Origin: Desulfovibrionaceae bacterium
GTDB lineage: Bacteria; Desulfobacterota; Desulfovibrionia; Desulfovibrionales; Desulfovibrionaceae
Assembly (NCBI GenBank): GCA_017455745.1
Contig: JAFSZE010000015.1
Coordinates: 1-58,652 of the forward strand
DNA: 58,652 bases
Direction of reading: 5' to 3'
How positions within the stretch are numbered: the first letter of the stretch is position 1; every line of letters begins with the position of its first letter. The notes below the pieces were generated by a model. It did not search any database, was not told where the DNA came from, and worked only from the letters and a program-made list of their open reading frames with translations. The position numbers were made by a program, and so were the translations under genes. Below, in pieces: positions 32,201 to 40,762 of this stretch.

Positions 32201-32568
32201 GCAACTTTGAATTCACGAACTGCAAGTGTATCTGGCAAATTATCAGGGTCGCGCATCAAGTGGGCCAAAGTGATTAGCGTATGTGTTTTGCCGCCACCAT
32301 ATGTTAGTGCAAGTTGATGTATAGCCTTATCATTTTTACCGGCAAGACGTCGGACAACATCGCCTACTAGAGTTCGCAGATTTTTTGCAGGAAAAGTTAG
32401 ACTAAAGAAAGATTCACAATTTTCATAAATGGGATTCCTTCCGCTTTGCATCAGAACGTCATTTAGATCAGCAGCGAACTGATTTACAGCAAGTTCACCC
32501 GTCAACAGGTCATCACGCAATGTCACCACTTTATGCCATGGAATTGAAGAAACGGGTATAGCTTTCAT
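29230..32568 (-). CDS. DUF499 family AAA+ ATPase
   Basis: PWH.VV.LR.D...G...FAADL start, YGGGKTH, LILIDE, YPFHPEL, FQRTRG. Confidence 0.85.
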   Translation of the reverse strand: MKAIPVSSIPWHKVVTLRDDLLTGELAVNQFAADLNDVLMQSGRNPIYENCESFFSLTFPAKNLRTLVGDVVRRLAGKNDKAIHQLALTYGGGKTHTLITLAHLMRDPDNLPDTLAVREFKVAADIPIPKSRVVALCFDKIDANDGLEVLSPTGVSKKFTYPWSILAWQIAGEKGIAELNQKHPRDERDTPPSEDPLIRLLAPAMRDNIPLLILIDEVLMYAISKTGSNNNDQNTNWRGYLINFFQALTQAVSKTPNCCLVASLLSSNPDHNNQLGFSLESDISNIFGRQQQGVTVAVEKDEVYEILRRRFFTPDSIRDPSIFREHIQKVVANVANIDEYTKKHLREQEELYQKYYPFHPELMEIFYSKWNNLRSFQRTRGLLRTFALALQDAVHWDESPMIGAEIFLPAKINGDLPPATQELVTTADRAVDTPSAWGSILRTELARAAEADESFGLKNREIEQAVIAVFLHSQPIGMDCPSSKLWPLVSMEKPQKIDLCKALRQWADTSFWLDDQLSTTEGTPQKWKLGNKPNLNQMHDSQRKLLSAEEKSARLLQSINNEKFFTSEVDTCVATHKLPTSPANVADDGKFHFVVLPPQGACDGSTPSTFAEKFLKETLHPDAPRIHCNAIVLLAPSKSGLDIALERVADVIAWQKVKNELQEQSTRSLDQARLSTLSTLLNAANGKLADAIKQAWCMAITLDEKRTPKAYKLNLGSLTPFVAIKKDQRIRIQSSAMNAESLLPGGPYNLWGPKDQYRPVKDILGTFTKRPDMPKMLSLDPIRETLKAGCLDGIFVLRLPRPDGSSRSWWKCPPDEKSMQDLALEVWLPEAAKLETISPAIILPTSDMKLWSDNDEEIKVERVLEHFSGQKNIIKQMDGYEEHLPVPAATKDAVYAAIEKNVENGNLWLLNTTTSIFKEKIPDGVLTDTSRLRRPPDSINGFALTPENLPDAWTDNTSTVKRIRDILSEKKGLPLPWVTIKEAITSAITAKCIEIDPSGAPWPCDATSAEYVKIRIPPLNPSVTHTEKKHSSEFLKFSITPEQLYDLKDMTEDIVILQGEIQMDIKFNILVQFDPIGSSGSSSAEKNTLEDIIRAKNALKDILEKKFNVQDT

Positions 32569-32585
32569 GACAGTTCTCCTAGCAA

Positions 32586-35500
32586 TTATAAATTATCTTG
32601 CCGATAACGATTGGCTTGGGTGTAACGATTGGCTTGGGTGTTATGAATTTGGATATGATTGCTGATAGATTCAAGTAGAGCACGTTCGTCTTTTTCGGAA
32701 AGTTCGATAAGTGACTGTATCACACGCAGAAAGAGTTCATTGCGGCGAAGTGCAAAAGAATCAAGAAATTCATCGACTTTGTTCTGATCGCCAGCTTCCC
32801 AAAGATGCATGAGTTTGTGAATGCGGTCGATAATTGGCACAGACCTGCCATTACGCTCTTCAAGACCAAGAGAAGTATGCTTGCGCTCATTCCATTTCTT
32901 TAAGCGCATTTTGCCACCGGAATCGGAGGATACTTCATCTTCAAAGTCGTCTTCAGTGTCGTCTTTGGCAGAACTGCTGCCCATTTTGATAAGGTCCCAT
33001 GTAGAGGCAAGTTCAGTATCAGACAGACCACAGGCAGTAGCGTAGAGGATACATGCACCAGCAGGTGCATCGGCAAATCCAAAATCCTTTCGATGCAGCA
33101 GATAATAGGCAGTTACGCTGTCAAGCTCGCCCATTTCTTTTGTCTGATTGTTTTCACCAGTAAGAACTTGCCCTACGACAAATTCGACGACAAGACGCCG
33201 CACTTCTGTAAGAAATTCTGACACGGTCAAAATGCCAGATGAACCTGCCTTTTTAACAACTGGGTAGGAACTGTAAGCAGCTAGGGCAGGGCCGGTTGCT
33301 GCCCAGACAAAGTCTGGTCCACGAACACCAGCATCCCAAAAGTCTCGAAGTTGCCCAGTAATGTTGTTGCGCATATCTTCAAGCACTGTTGAATCCCATC
33401 CAGGACGGACATTTGGGCCACGTTTTTTGCAGACAAGCCAGACAGAAGATGAAAGAGCAGCAGAAGAATTGGCACGCATTCGTGCGGCGCGTTCAGTAGC
33501 TATTGGCCATGATGCCGTGACCATAAATCCTGACCGAATAATTGCTGAAACAAGTGCTTCCCAAGCGTCTGATTGCTTGTTGGCAAAAACAACGACAAGT
33601 CGTCCATCGGCAGTAAGAGTTTCGTGGCAGCGTCGAAAAACTGCGGCCATACCGTCTTCATAGACGTTCTTTGATGTTACGCGATTGCCGCCATGGCGCG
33701 ATGCATCGTCAATAAGTTCACCGTCTTTTTTTTCATTGTCCCACTTTGGACCTAGAGGATTGCGGAAATCACCTCTATCTAAAATAGTTCCATTACTTAT
33801 ACGTCTTAACCAAACATAAAAGAAATCCATGGAGTCTGAATATGGTATTGCATCATAATAAGGAGGGTCAGTGATTATACAATCAATTTCCTTAGGTAAA
33901 GATTGAACGCAACTTTGATTTATAACTGTTGGGCAAATCGATTCAAAAGAATTTAAATTTTCATCAAGAAAACGTGCAACCCAATCCATCTGAGCAAGGA
34001 AAGAACTTCCTATATCATTTATCGTTACAACTTCAGCAACATCCCATATAATAGGCAAAGCAAATCTTGAAAAAGTGTGTCCAATTAGCTCATCCAAATT
34101 TACCCAGATGCAAAGCGATGAACTATAGTCAGCTAATTTATCAATAGTTATAGCCAAATATGTCCCAATGGCTTCCGCATAATCCTGTGGATATCCTAGA
34201 CTTAGGCAATCTCTCATGGCCTTGCGAACTTCTCGGCAAAATACACCCAAAGCCAGTAGTTGCCTAGGTGTAAAAAGATCACGCCAACGCGAAAAACCAT
34301 ACTTCGGAATACGCATACCAAGAGCATCTTCGTTTGGTGTTGGTTCTTCTGGAATACCAAACGGAATATCAGCATAAACGCGATCTAATTCCGATTCGGC
34401 GGCTAATGCGCATTCAATTTCTTTTTCTGTCGGCAATCTGTATCGTTTACCATCGGCATTGGTTTGTTCATAGACCACGGCTGTTGGGATCATGCCTAAA
34501 CGTCCGGCTTTGCCTTCATTGCGTAGATCTTCCATAGTCATGGTTGCGCCACAACAGGGACAAGTAGCACCAGTGCGTGACATACAACCTTTGCCAATTT
34601 CGGCGTCATGAGCCTTTTTTTGGCGGCTATTGGCACCAACAATAGGCACGTTTTCCTGTACACCAAATATAACACCGCTTTTATCATCATTGGGTGTTAC
34701 GGTAAGCAGTACGCGCTTGTTATCCTTTTTGCAGAGCCATTTTGTTTTTAGCAGGGGAATTTGGGCCCTGCAGGACGAACACTGGCAGGTTCTGGCCCAG
34801 AGGTAGGCAACTGTCGGTTTTTTAACCCAGCGTGCGTTGCCAGGATCGGCAAGATATTCAGCAGAGAAATTGCCGTTGAGGGCCTCCATATCTGGAGTTC
34901 CGTCTTCTGCCAATGGTACAAGTTTAGGCGCAACTGGTTCGTATGGGTATGCTTTTTTAAGATCCCAGGGCTCAAATTCGGCATATGTTGGATAGAATTT
35001 ACCGAGTTCTTTGCGCGATTCGGCCAAGACATGTCGCCCCCAGGCCCGTACCTGCCAGGCAAGATCGGCCTGCATCGTGTCGTCGCAATTTTCTTTTGTT
35101 CCTAAGTCAATCAGATTGTTTTGTTGTGTTGGTGTATATTGCGGATGAGCAAGAAGAAAATCCTTCATGAACTCCGAATCTTTTAGGGCGAATTTAGGGA
35201 TTGGCCAGGTCATGCCCGCAAGCTTTTGCGGGTATTCGAGGGTTGCACGAAGAATGAAGCAGGCAACTGGATTGATATCAATGGCGAAGGTTTCGCAGCC
35301 AAGTCGCATGGCTTCTAGGGGAATAGCCCCTCCGCCTGAGAATGGATCAAGCACTCTTGGAGCACGTCCGCCATACTCTTCACGAATTTTCTGGCGGAAA
35401 TATTCAAGCTCTGCTTCGCGCTTAAGCACCAATTGAAGATGTTCGGCGATAGCTTTTTTGTTTGATTTTGGCGGAGTGCCAAGCCATCTCGTGATACTGC

Positions 35501-35792
35501 CGACAGTCTCTTCTTTGATACTTTGAATGGTCTGCCCGTTCTTTTTTTCGTTTTTGACTATCTTATTGATCTGTCCTCCGATACGTTCTACCAGCGCATG
35601 GCGCTTTTCAGGATCGTCGGGGCATGAGAGAAGCGTGGCCAGAGCGACAGCCCGACTTGCCGCTAGAGGACGTCGTGCAGGCCATATATGGAGAGTGGAA
35701 AGATGCCCATGGCGCACATTCTTTTCATGCACAGAATCAATAGAGGTCTGGCGCAAGGGAAATTCAACTTCAATAAGACGTTGATCGGACAT
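32586..35792 (-). CDS. DUF1156 adenine-specific DNA methyltransferase with Zn-ribbon insert
   Basis: RLIE..FP, LHIWPARRPL, DPFSGGG (motif I), TDPPYYD (motif IV), CxxC pairs; ATG 35792 directly follows the helicase stop. Confidence 0.88.
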   Translation of the reverse strand: MSDQRLIEVEFPLRQTSIDSVHEKNVRHGHLSTLHIWPARRPLAASRAVALATLLSCPDDPEKRHALVERIGGQINKIVKNEKKNGQTIQSIKEETVGSITRWLGTPPKSNKKAIAEHLQLVLKREAELEYFRQKIREEYGGRAPRVLDPFSGGGAIPLEAMRLGCETFAIDINPVACFILRATLEYPQKLAGMTWPIPKFALKDSEFMKDFLLAHPQYTPTQQNNLIDLGTKENCDDTMQADLAWQVRAWGRHVLAESRKELGKFYPTYAEFEPWDLKKAYPYEPVAPKLVPLAEDGTPDMEALNGNFSAEYLADPGNARWVKKPTVAYLWARTCQCSSCRAQIPLLKTKWLCKKDNKRVLLTVTPNDDKSGVIFGVQENVPIVGANSRQKKAHDAEIGKGCMSRTGATCPCCGATMTMEDLRNEGKAGRLGMIPTAVVYEQTNADGKRYRLPTEKEIECALAAESELDRVYADIPFGIPEEPTPNEDALGMRIPKYGFSRWRDLFTPRQLLALGVFCREVRKAMRDCLSLGYPQDYAEAIGTYLAITIDKLADYSSSLCIWVNLDELIGHTFSRFALPIIWDVAEVVTINDIGSSFLAQMDWVARFLDENLNSFESICPTVINQSCVQSLPKEIDCIITDPPYYDAIPYSDSMDFFYVWLRRISNGTILDRGDFRNPLGPKWDNEKKDGELIDDASRHGGNRVTSKNVYEDGMAAVFRRCHETLTADGRLVVVFANKQSDAWEALVSAIIRSGFMVTASWPIATERAARMRANSSAALSSSVWLVCKKRGPNVRPGWDSTVLEDMRNNITGQLRDFWDAGVRGPDFVWAATGPALAAYSSYPVVKKAGSSGILTVSEFLTEVRRLVVEFVVGQVLTGENNQTKEMGELDSVTAYYLLHRKDFGFADAPAGACILYATACGLSDTELASTWDLIKMGSSSAKDDTEDDFEDEVSSDSGGKMRLKKWNERKHTSLGLEERNGRSVPIIDRIHKLMHLWEAGDQNKVDEFLDSFALRRNELFLRVIQSLIELSEKDERALLESISNHIQIHNTQANRYTQANRYRQDNL

Positions 35793-35793
35793 A

Positions 35794-38700
35794 TTATTTA
35801 TTTCCTGCTGTGACAATTTGCTGCATCGTTATCCCTTGACGAGTAACAGTACTCATATATGATCGCATAATCAGATGTTCAAAGGGGTTTTGCAGTCGTA
35901 TCAGTTCTGGCGTGCTTGTGGCACAGTTGTAGACAACATATAGCCAATATTCGTCGCGCAAGATGGCAGCACGGGCAACTTCGTTTTGCGTCATCCATAT
36001 TTTTCCTTTTTCGCCCGTCCCTTTGACTTCAATACACTTGCGCTTTTTGGTTTGATGCTCATAAGCAAGCAAGTCGAATCCTGGATATGCTTCAAGATCT
36101 GCAGCAAGAGCCAGTTCAGGAGTATGAACAGGAATGACATCGCTGAATTGACTTTCCCATGCTATCGCTGCCCGCATAGCGATATTTTCAATGGGGGTGG
36201 GGAGAAATTGGCCTATGGATGGATTTATAGATGAATCCTTACTGGCAGGCATAACCAATGCATACCCAAGAGGTTCAATATCACCAGAAGCAATTTCTTC
36301 AATATCGGATTTGAGAGATTGTAAAAGTGTCGCACGTTCTTTTTGAATTTCTGCCATACGGCGACGTGCTTCATCCATAGCTGCTTTAAGTGCTGGATCA
36401 TCTTTTTCTTGATTGATCTGCTCTTTTAGGTTTTTAATTTGTTCTGCAATTTCAGCAGACTCAAAGTTTAAACTCAGTTTAAATTTCTTCTCTTTTTTAG
36501 GCAAATCATTGTGTTCACGCTTTTTAAATTTATTGACACTATCTAAGGTTCTCTTTTCTAAGAAAGAAGCAAAATCTTTTTGAATGGAGTCTGCTTCACC
36601 AGCTAAACGCCTTGCAGATGGTGTGTAAGAGATATTTTCCACGTCAGCCAAGACTAAAAATTGTTCAGCAGGACAAATTTTTACGCAATTATTGCCAAAA
36701 TGTTGCAGACAAAGAAGATTTTCTTCCAAACATTCTTCATGATCTTTCCGCCTGCGTAGGATCTTAAAACGGGCAGCGTAAAGTATATAAGGTTTTTTGG
36801 TTTCAAAATCCAGAAAGACTGCTCCAGTAAGTGCATCGTTATGCAGTGCATTCCAGGCGAGAGATCGTAGGGCTTCAAAAATAGGTTCCCCTGGATGTAC
36901 CCAGATTGCATTTGATATATCTCGATGCAGACTTAGCTTTGGATCATGTTCTTTTTCCTGTGCTTTGATGGCGTTCCACAAGAAAGAATGATCAAGATTA
37001 GTTTTTGGCAAGCTACGCAATTGAAATACAGAGTCAAGATTGCCGTCGATCTTAAGTCCAAGAAGTGGAGCCGCTGTTTCTATCCAAGCATGGATGTAAC
37101 CAGGAAGGAGTTTGCGAAGATACTCATTGTCCATAGCTTGGTGGAGGCGAGGCAGTTCTACTTTGACATCTCCACCGGTACCGTAAATTGAGTTCTCTTT
37201 GGCTGAAATTGCCCGAATCTGTTCTTCGGTTAGGACTCCATCAAGCTCATTGCCAACGGCATCCAAATCTTCACCTTCTTTAACGGCAAACATGGCCCGA
37301 CGCATCCATTCAGATATGGAAACCTCACTGAATACACGCCCGATACTGTCAAAGACTTTATCTGAATTAAGATGTTGACGAATCGCTTCTAATTTTTCCA
37401 AGAGTCGTGCTAGAACATTACCTTCGCGAGTATCAGATGCGACCATGTTTAGGAGAAATACAGGATTGTGCTTTTGGCCGTAACGATGAATGCGCCCCAT
37501 CCGTTGCTCTAGACGTGCTGGATTCCAAGGTATGTCGTAATTAAGCATGATCCAGCAGAATTGCAAATTTACGCCTTCAGCAGCTGCGTCCGTGCAAAGC
37601 ATAATCCGTGCGCCGTCTGGGTTGCGGAAGAATGCAATTTGTTTCTGCCGTTCCCCATAGTTTAAGCCACCATGAATAAATGCTATACGATCAACATAGC
37701 CTAAAGCTTCCAATTTTTTAATCAAAAATTCGAGAGTATCTTTATGCTCAGTAAAGATAAGCAGCTTTTCATCTAGATATTCAGGTAATTCAATAATTTC
37801 ACGAAGCTTTTCGAACTTAGATTCACTTCCTTTATTATAAACACTTCTGGCCTTTTTAACAAGATTGTCAACATATTCACGTTCATAGTATAAATCTTGT
37901 AAATTGCAAGCGACCATATTACTAAGAACGATATCCTCATCAACTTCATCTTGTTCATTATTACCTAATGGTTCTTCTTCATCAGTTGGACGAGAAAAAG
38001 GTTCTATAATCTTTTTTTTATTGTTTGATATTAATTCAAGTTGAAGAAGTTTTTCTTCAGAAATTATATGTTCTTCTATTTTTTTTATCAAATCATTTAT
38101 TTTTTCTTTACGGCGTTCCATTGATCTAAGGAGTGCCCAGGAAGAAGATGCAAGACGGCGTTGAAATACTGAAAGTGCCAGTTGCGAAGCCGTGCGGTTC
38201 AACATCTCGGCTTTATTATAGATATAGCGCAAATAGTCGGTTGTAGCGTCGTACAATTCTCGTTCGTCGTCTGAAAGGGCGTAGCTTAATGTGCTTGAAC
38301 AACGCATGGGATAGAGAGGAAAACCGTCTAAAGTGACCATCTCTTCTTTGGTGCGACGAATGAAATGAGCCCTCTTTAGTGTTAGATCAGCCATTTCAAA
38401 AGCTTTAGGAGTCGAAAAAAGTAGTGGCTCAAGTATGCGCCAAAGAGCAAAATAGGGATAATCCTTGCCCATGTGTGGGGTTGCAGTTAAAAGCAGCACA
38501 TGGGTAACGTGCCATGGAAGTGGCCTTTTGGATTCTGGTTTGTGCAAATCGGCTCCTGCAATGGCTGCTGCTGCCTTATAACGTTCAGATTCTCTTATTC
38601 GCCCATCGCCTGTGCGGTCACAGGTCAGTTTATGTGCTTCATCGAAAACAGCTAAATCATATGGCGTCCCTTCCCCAAGACGTGTCATTGCCCTGGGAGT

Positions 38701-39144
38701 ACGAATAGTGTCGATGCTGCAAATGACAAGATCATACGCGGTAAAAGGATTGTCAGCATTACTTCTTATCATTTCACCCGTAACAATGGTCGCTTCCAGT
38801 TGAAAAAGGCTGAACAGTTCATTTTTCCAGTTTCCCACCAAACCAGCGGGCGGAATAATAAGAATCCTTTTGATACGCTTGCGAGCTAGCATCTCTCTAA
38901 TATAGAGTCCGCACATGATTGTTTTCCCAGCCCCGGCATCATCTGCTAATAAAAATCTTAGAGGATTCTGCGGTAACATATGGTCGTAGACAGCAAGGCG
39001 TTGGTGTGGCAAAGGATCAATGCGGGAAATTTCAGTGGCAAACGTAGGATTGACCCTATATGCCTGAGCTAGACGTTCAGCCTCAATGGCTACGCGGACT
39101 TTTTGGGAGGTTGAGGTGAAGCTTAGAATTGGAGTCTTTTGCAT
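35794..39144 (-). CDS. SNF2-family helicase with C-terminal DUF3883 PD-(D/E)XK nuclease
   Basis: LADDAGAGKT, DEAH, TATP, QRMGRIHR; GFDLL...IEVKG...YWLYVV. Confidence 0.88.
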   Translation of the reverse strand: MQKTPILSFTSTSQKVRVAIEAERLAQAYRVNPTFATEISRIDPLPHQRLAVYDHMLPQNPLRFLLADDAGAGKTIMCGLYIREMLARKRIKRILIIPPAGLVGNWKNELFSLFQLEATIVTGEMIRSNADNPFTAYDLVICSIDTIRTPRAMTRLGEGTPYDLAVFDEAHKLTCDRTGDGRIRESERYKAAAAIAGADLHKPESKRPLPWHVTHVLLLTATPHMGKDYPYFALWRILEPLLFSTPKAFEMADLTLKRAHFIRRTKEEMVTLDGFPLYPMRCSSTLSYALSDDERELYDATTDYLRYIYNKAEMLNRTASQLALSVFQRRLASSSWALLRSMERRKEKINDLIKKIEEHIISEEKLLQLELISNNKKKIIEPFSRPTDEEEPLGNNEQDEVDEDIVLSNMVACNLQDLYYEREYVDNLVKKARSVYNKGSESKFEKLREIIELPEYLDEKLLIFTEHKDTLEFLIKKLEALGYVDRIAFIHGGLNYGERQKQIAFFRNPDGARIMLCTDAAAEGVNLQFCWIMLNYDIPWNPARLEQRMGRIHRYGQKHNPVFLLNMVASDTREGNVLARLLEKLEAIRQHLNSDKVFDSIGRVFSEVSISEWMRRAMFAVKEGEDLDAVGNELDGVLTEEQIRAISAKENSIYGTGGDVKVELPRLHQAMDNEYLRKLLPGYIHAWIETAAPLLGLKIDGNLDSVFQLRSLPKTNLDHSFLWNAIKAQEKEHDPKLSLHRDISNAIWVHPGEPIFEALRSLAWNALHNDALTGAVFLDFETKKPYILYAARFKILRRRKDHEECLEENLLCLQHFGNNCVKICPAEQFLVLADVENISYTPSARRLAGEADSIQKDFASFLEKRTLDSVNKFKKREHNDLPKKEKKFKLSLNFESAEIAEQIKNLKEQINQEKDDPALKAAMDEARRRMAEIQKERATLLQSLKSDIEEIASGDIEPLGYALVMPASKDSSINPSIGQFLPTPIENIAMRAAIAWESQFSDVIPVHTPELALAADLEAYPGFDLLAYEHQTKKRKCIEVKGTGEKGKIWMTQNEVARAAILRDEYWLYVVYNCATSTPELIRLQNPFEHLIMRSYMSTVTRQGITMQQIVTAGNK

Positions 39145-39522
39145 ATTGGGTAGAGCCTTTTAAATTTTGATAGGATCTTAGCAAGCCCAAAAGTCAAACT
39201 TTTGATGGACAAATGTTTCGCTTTTAGACTGGGATGTATTTTTTCGTTTATTTCTTGGATAGTTTTAGTTTGACCTAATTTTGTCTCTCAAAATAGTCTT
39301 TGGTCGTATTTGATCTGACTCTTGTCTGCAGCATAACAAATCAACCAATCAAATCAATAGCAGTGTTTTTTGGGCAATAAATTGGGACTTAAGGTATTTT
39401 TTCTTTAGGGTTGAGAATAAGCGCAAAGATAGATATCGAGTGACTGGAATGTCTAGTAAAAATTATGCAGCTTGAGACTCTATGAATATTCACTCTAAGC
39501 AAAGCAATGGATGAGAGTATGG

Positions 39523-39555
39523 AAAAGGTGTGTCAAATTTAGACACACCTTTTTT
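39523..39555. terminator. Bidirectional terminator-like hairpin upstream of the defence operon
   Basis: aaaaggtgtgtc / gacacacctttt perfect stem with A and T runs. Confidence 0.7.
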
Positions 39556-39847
39556 GATTTTGGCTAGTTAAGAAAATTAGCACGGTTTGATTCTGATCTA
39601 TGCGCACATTTTAAGCAAAAGATGCTTGAATGAATATTCATTGAATCTTTTAGATGCTCTTATAGAACTATTTTCTTAGTATATAGTTATATTTACTGAA
39701 AAGCAATATTTTTTTGATGTTTTTGCATCTCATTATATCTTTTTTTATCTTTTAAGATCAATTTAAATTTATGATAAAGTTGGTATAAATTTAATGTAAA
39801 GAGATGTTTTCGTAGGCATCAATATGTCTTAGTTTTATGAGTAAAAT

Positions 39848-39888
39848 AAAAAAATACCTCTATATATTTTGATATACAGAGGTATTTT
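39848..39888 (-). terminator. Terminator of the flagellin-like gene
   Basis: aaaatacctctatatat / atatacagaggtatttt stem with a minus-strand U tail. Confidence 0.7.
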
Positions 39889-39956
39889 GCAAAAATTAAA
39901 AGAAGAATAATCGATAATAATCAATAATAAATACTCAAAATTTATAAGTGATGTTT

Positions 39957-40706
39957 TTAGTGGATTCTATTTCTTTGATAGCTAACTTTAAAAGCTGAAA
40001 TGTCAAAATCTAAACAATCAAATTTAGCTGTATACTTAATTCCAGAGTCATCTTCATCACCAAAATTCAAATCATATGTATAATAGACAGAACCATTGTT
40101 ATCTTCATGGTGCTCATCGACAATCTTGATATTGGGATAGAACTTGCTTTCAGAATTGGCTCTCCCTTTCTTAAATTCAAAAGAATCCTCAGATCCTAGG
40201 AAGGTGAGTTTATTTATGGCATAAGCTTCGCTTAAGATCTTGGCATTGCCTGTGTATGAAATTTCGAAATCGAAGGAGTAGTCGATATTGGGATGTTGAT
40301 CTGTGTTGGTAATGGCAGCTATGGTGTTCATCTGCTTGCTCTTTGTGGCGCTAATGATTGCTTCAATCGTGGCCATTTTTTCCTGAAATTGCATATGTGA
40401 ACTTTTGTTTACCCTAGTATCTGGAGAGGTCTTTATAGATGGATTAGATGATCCGTTTTTATGGCTAGCATTATGGAGGTTGCCTTGCACCGTATGAGGT
40501 AGATCCTGGCATGAGGCGCAAATTTCTTCACGCAATGAGGCGATGTCTGCCCGCATTAATTCCTTGATGGCTAGGTTGGAAGTATCGTTGAAGGCAAAAT
40601 TTACCCACAGGCCGATGGCTAGCCGTTCAGTTGAGGTGGAAAGATTGCTGTATATGGAATTAATACTATTCGGATTATTTTGATTGTGATCGTATGCTAG
40701 AGCCAT
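39957..40706 (-). CDS. Protein with degenerate flagellin N-terminus and no flagellin C-terminal domain (249 aa)
   Basis: SNLSTSTERLAIGLWVN...NLAIKELMRADIASL aligns with the neighbouring flagellins; GGAGGT RBS before ATG 40706. Confidence 0.75.
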   Translation of the reverse strand: MALAYDHNQNNPNSINSIYSNLSTSTERLAIGLWVNFAFNDTSNLAIKELMRADIASLREEICASCQDLPHTVQGNLHNASHKNGSSNPSIKTSPDTRVNKSSHMQFQEKMATIEAIISATKSKQMNTIAAITNTDQHPNIDYSFDFEISYTGNAKILSEAYAINKLTFLGSEDSFEFKKGRANSESKFYPNIKIVDEHHEDNNGSVYYTYDLNFGDEDDSGIKYTAKFDCLDFDISAFKVSYQRNRIH

Positions 40707-40745
40707 AAAGACCTCCCAAAAAAAGAACCTGATATTTTTCTTATT

Positions 40746-40762
40746 TGCAATAAGTGTACCAG
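40746..40762 (-). promoter_or_regulatory. sigma54 -24/-12 promoter
   Basis: Minus strand CTGGTACACTTATTGCA: GG-N10-GC, about 40 nt upstream of ATG 40706. Confidence 0.75.

Noticed and set aside
32605-32640. Exact 18-bp tandem duplication at the methylase C-terminus (TQANRY twice)
   Set aside because: Real, but in-frame in a terminal tail; most likely neutral slippage
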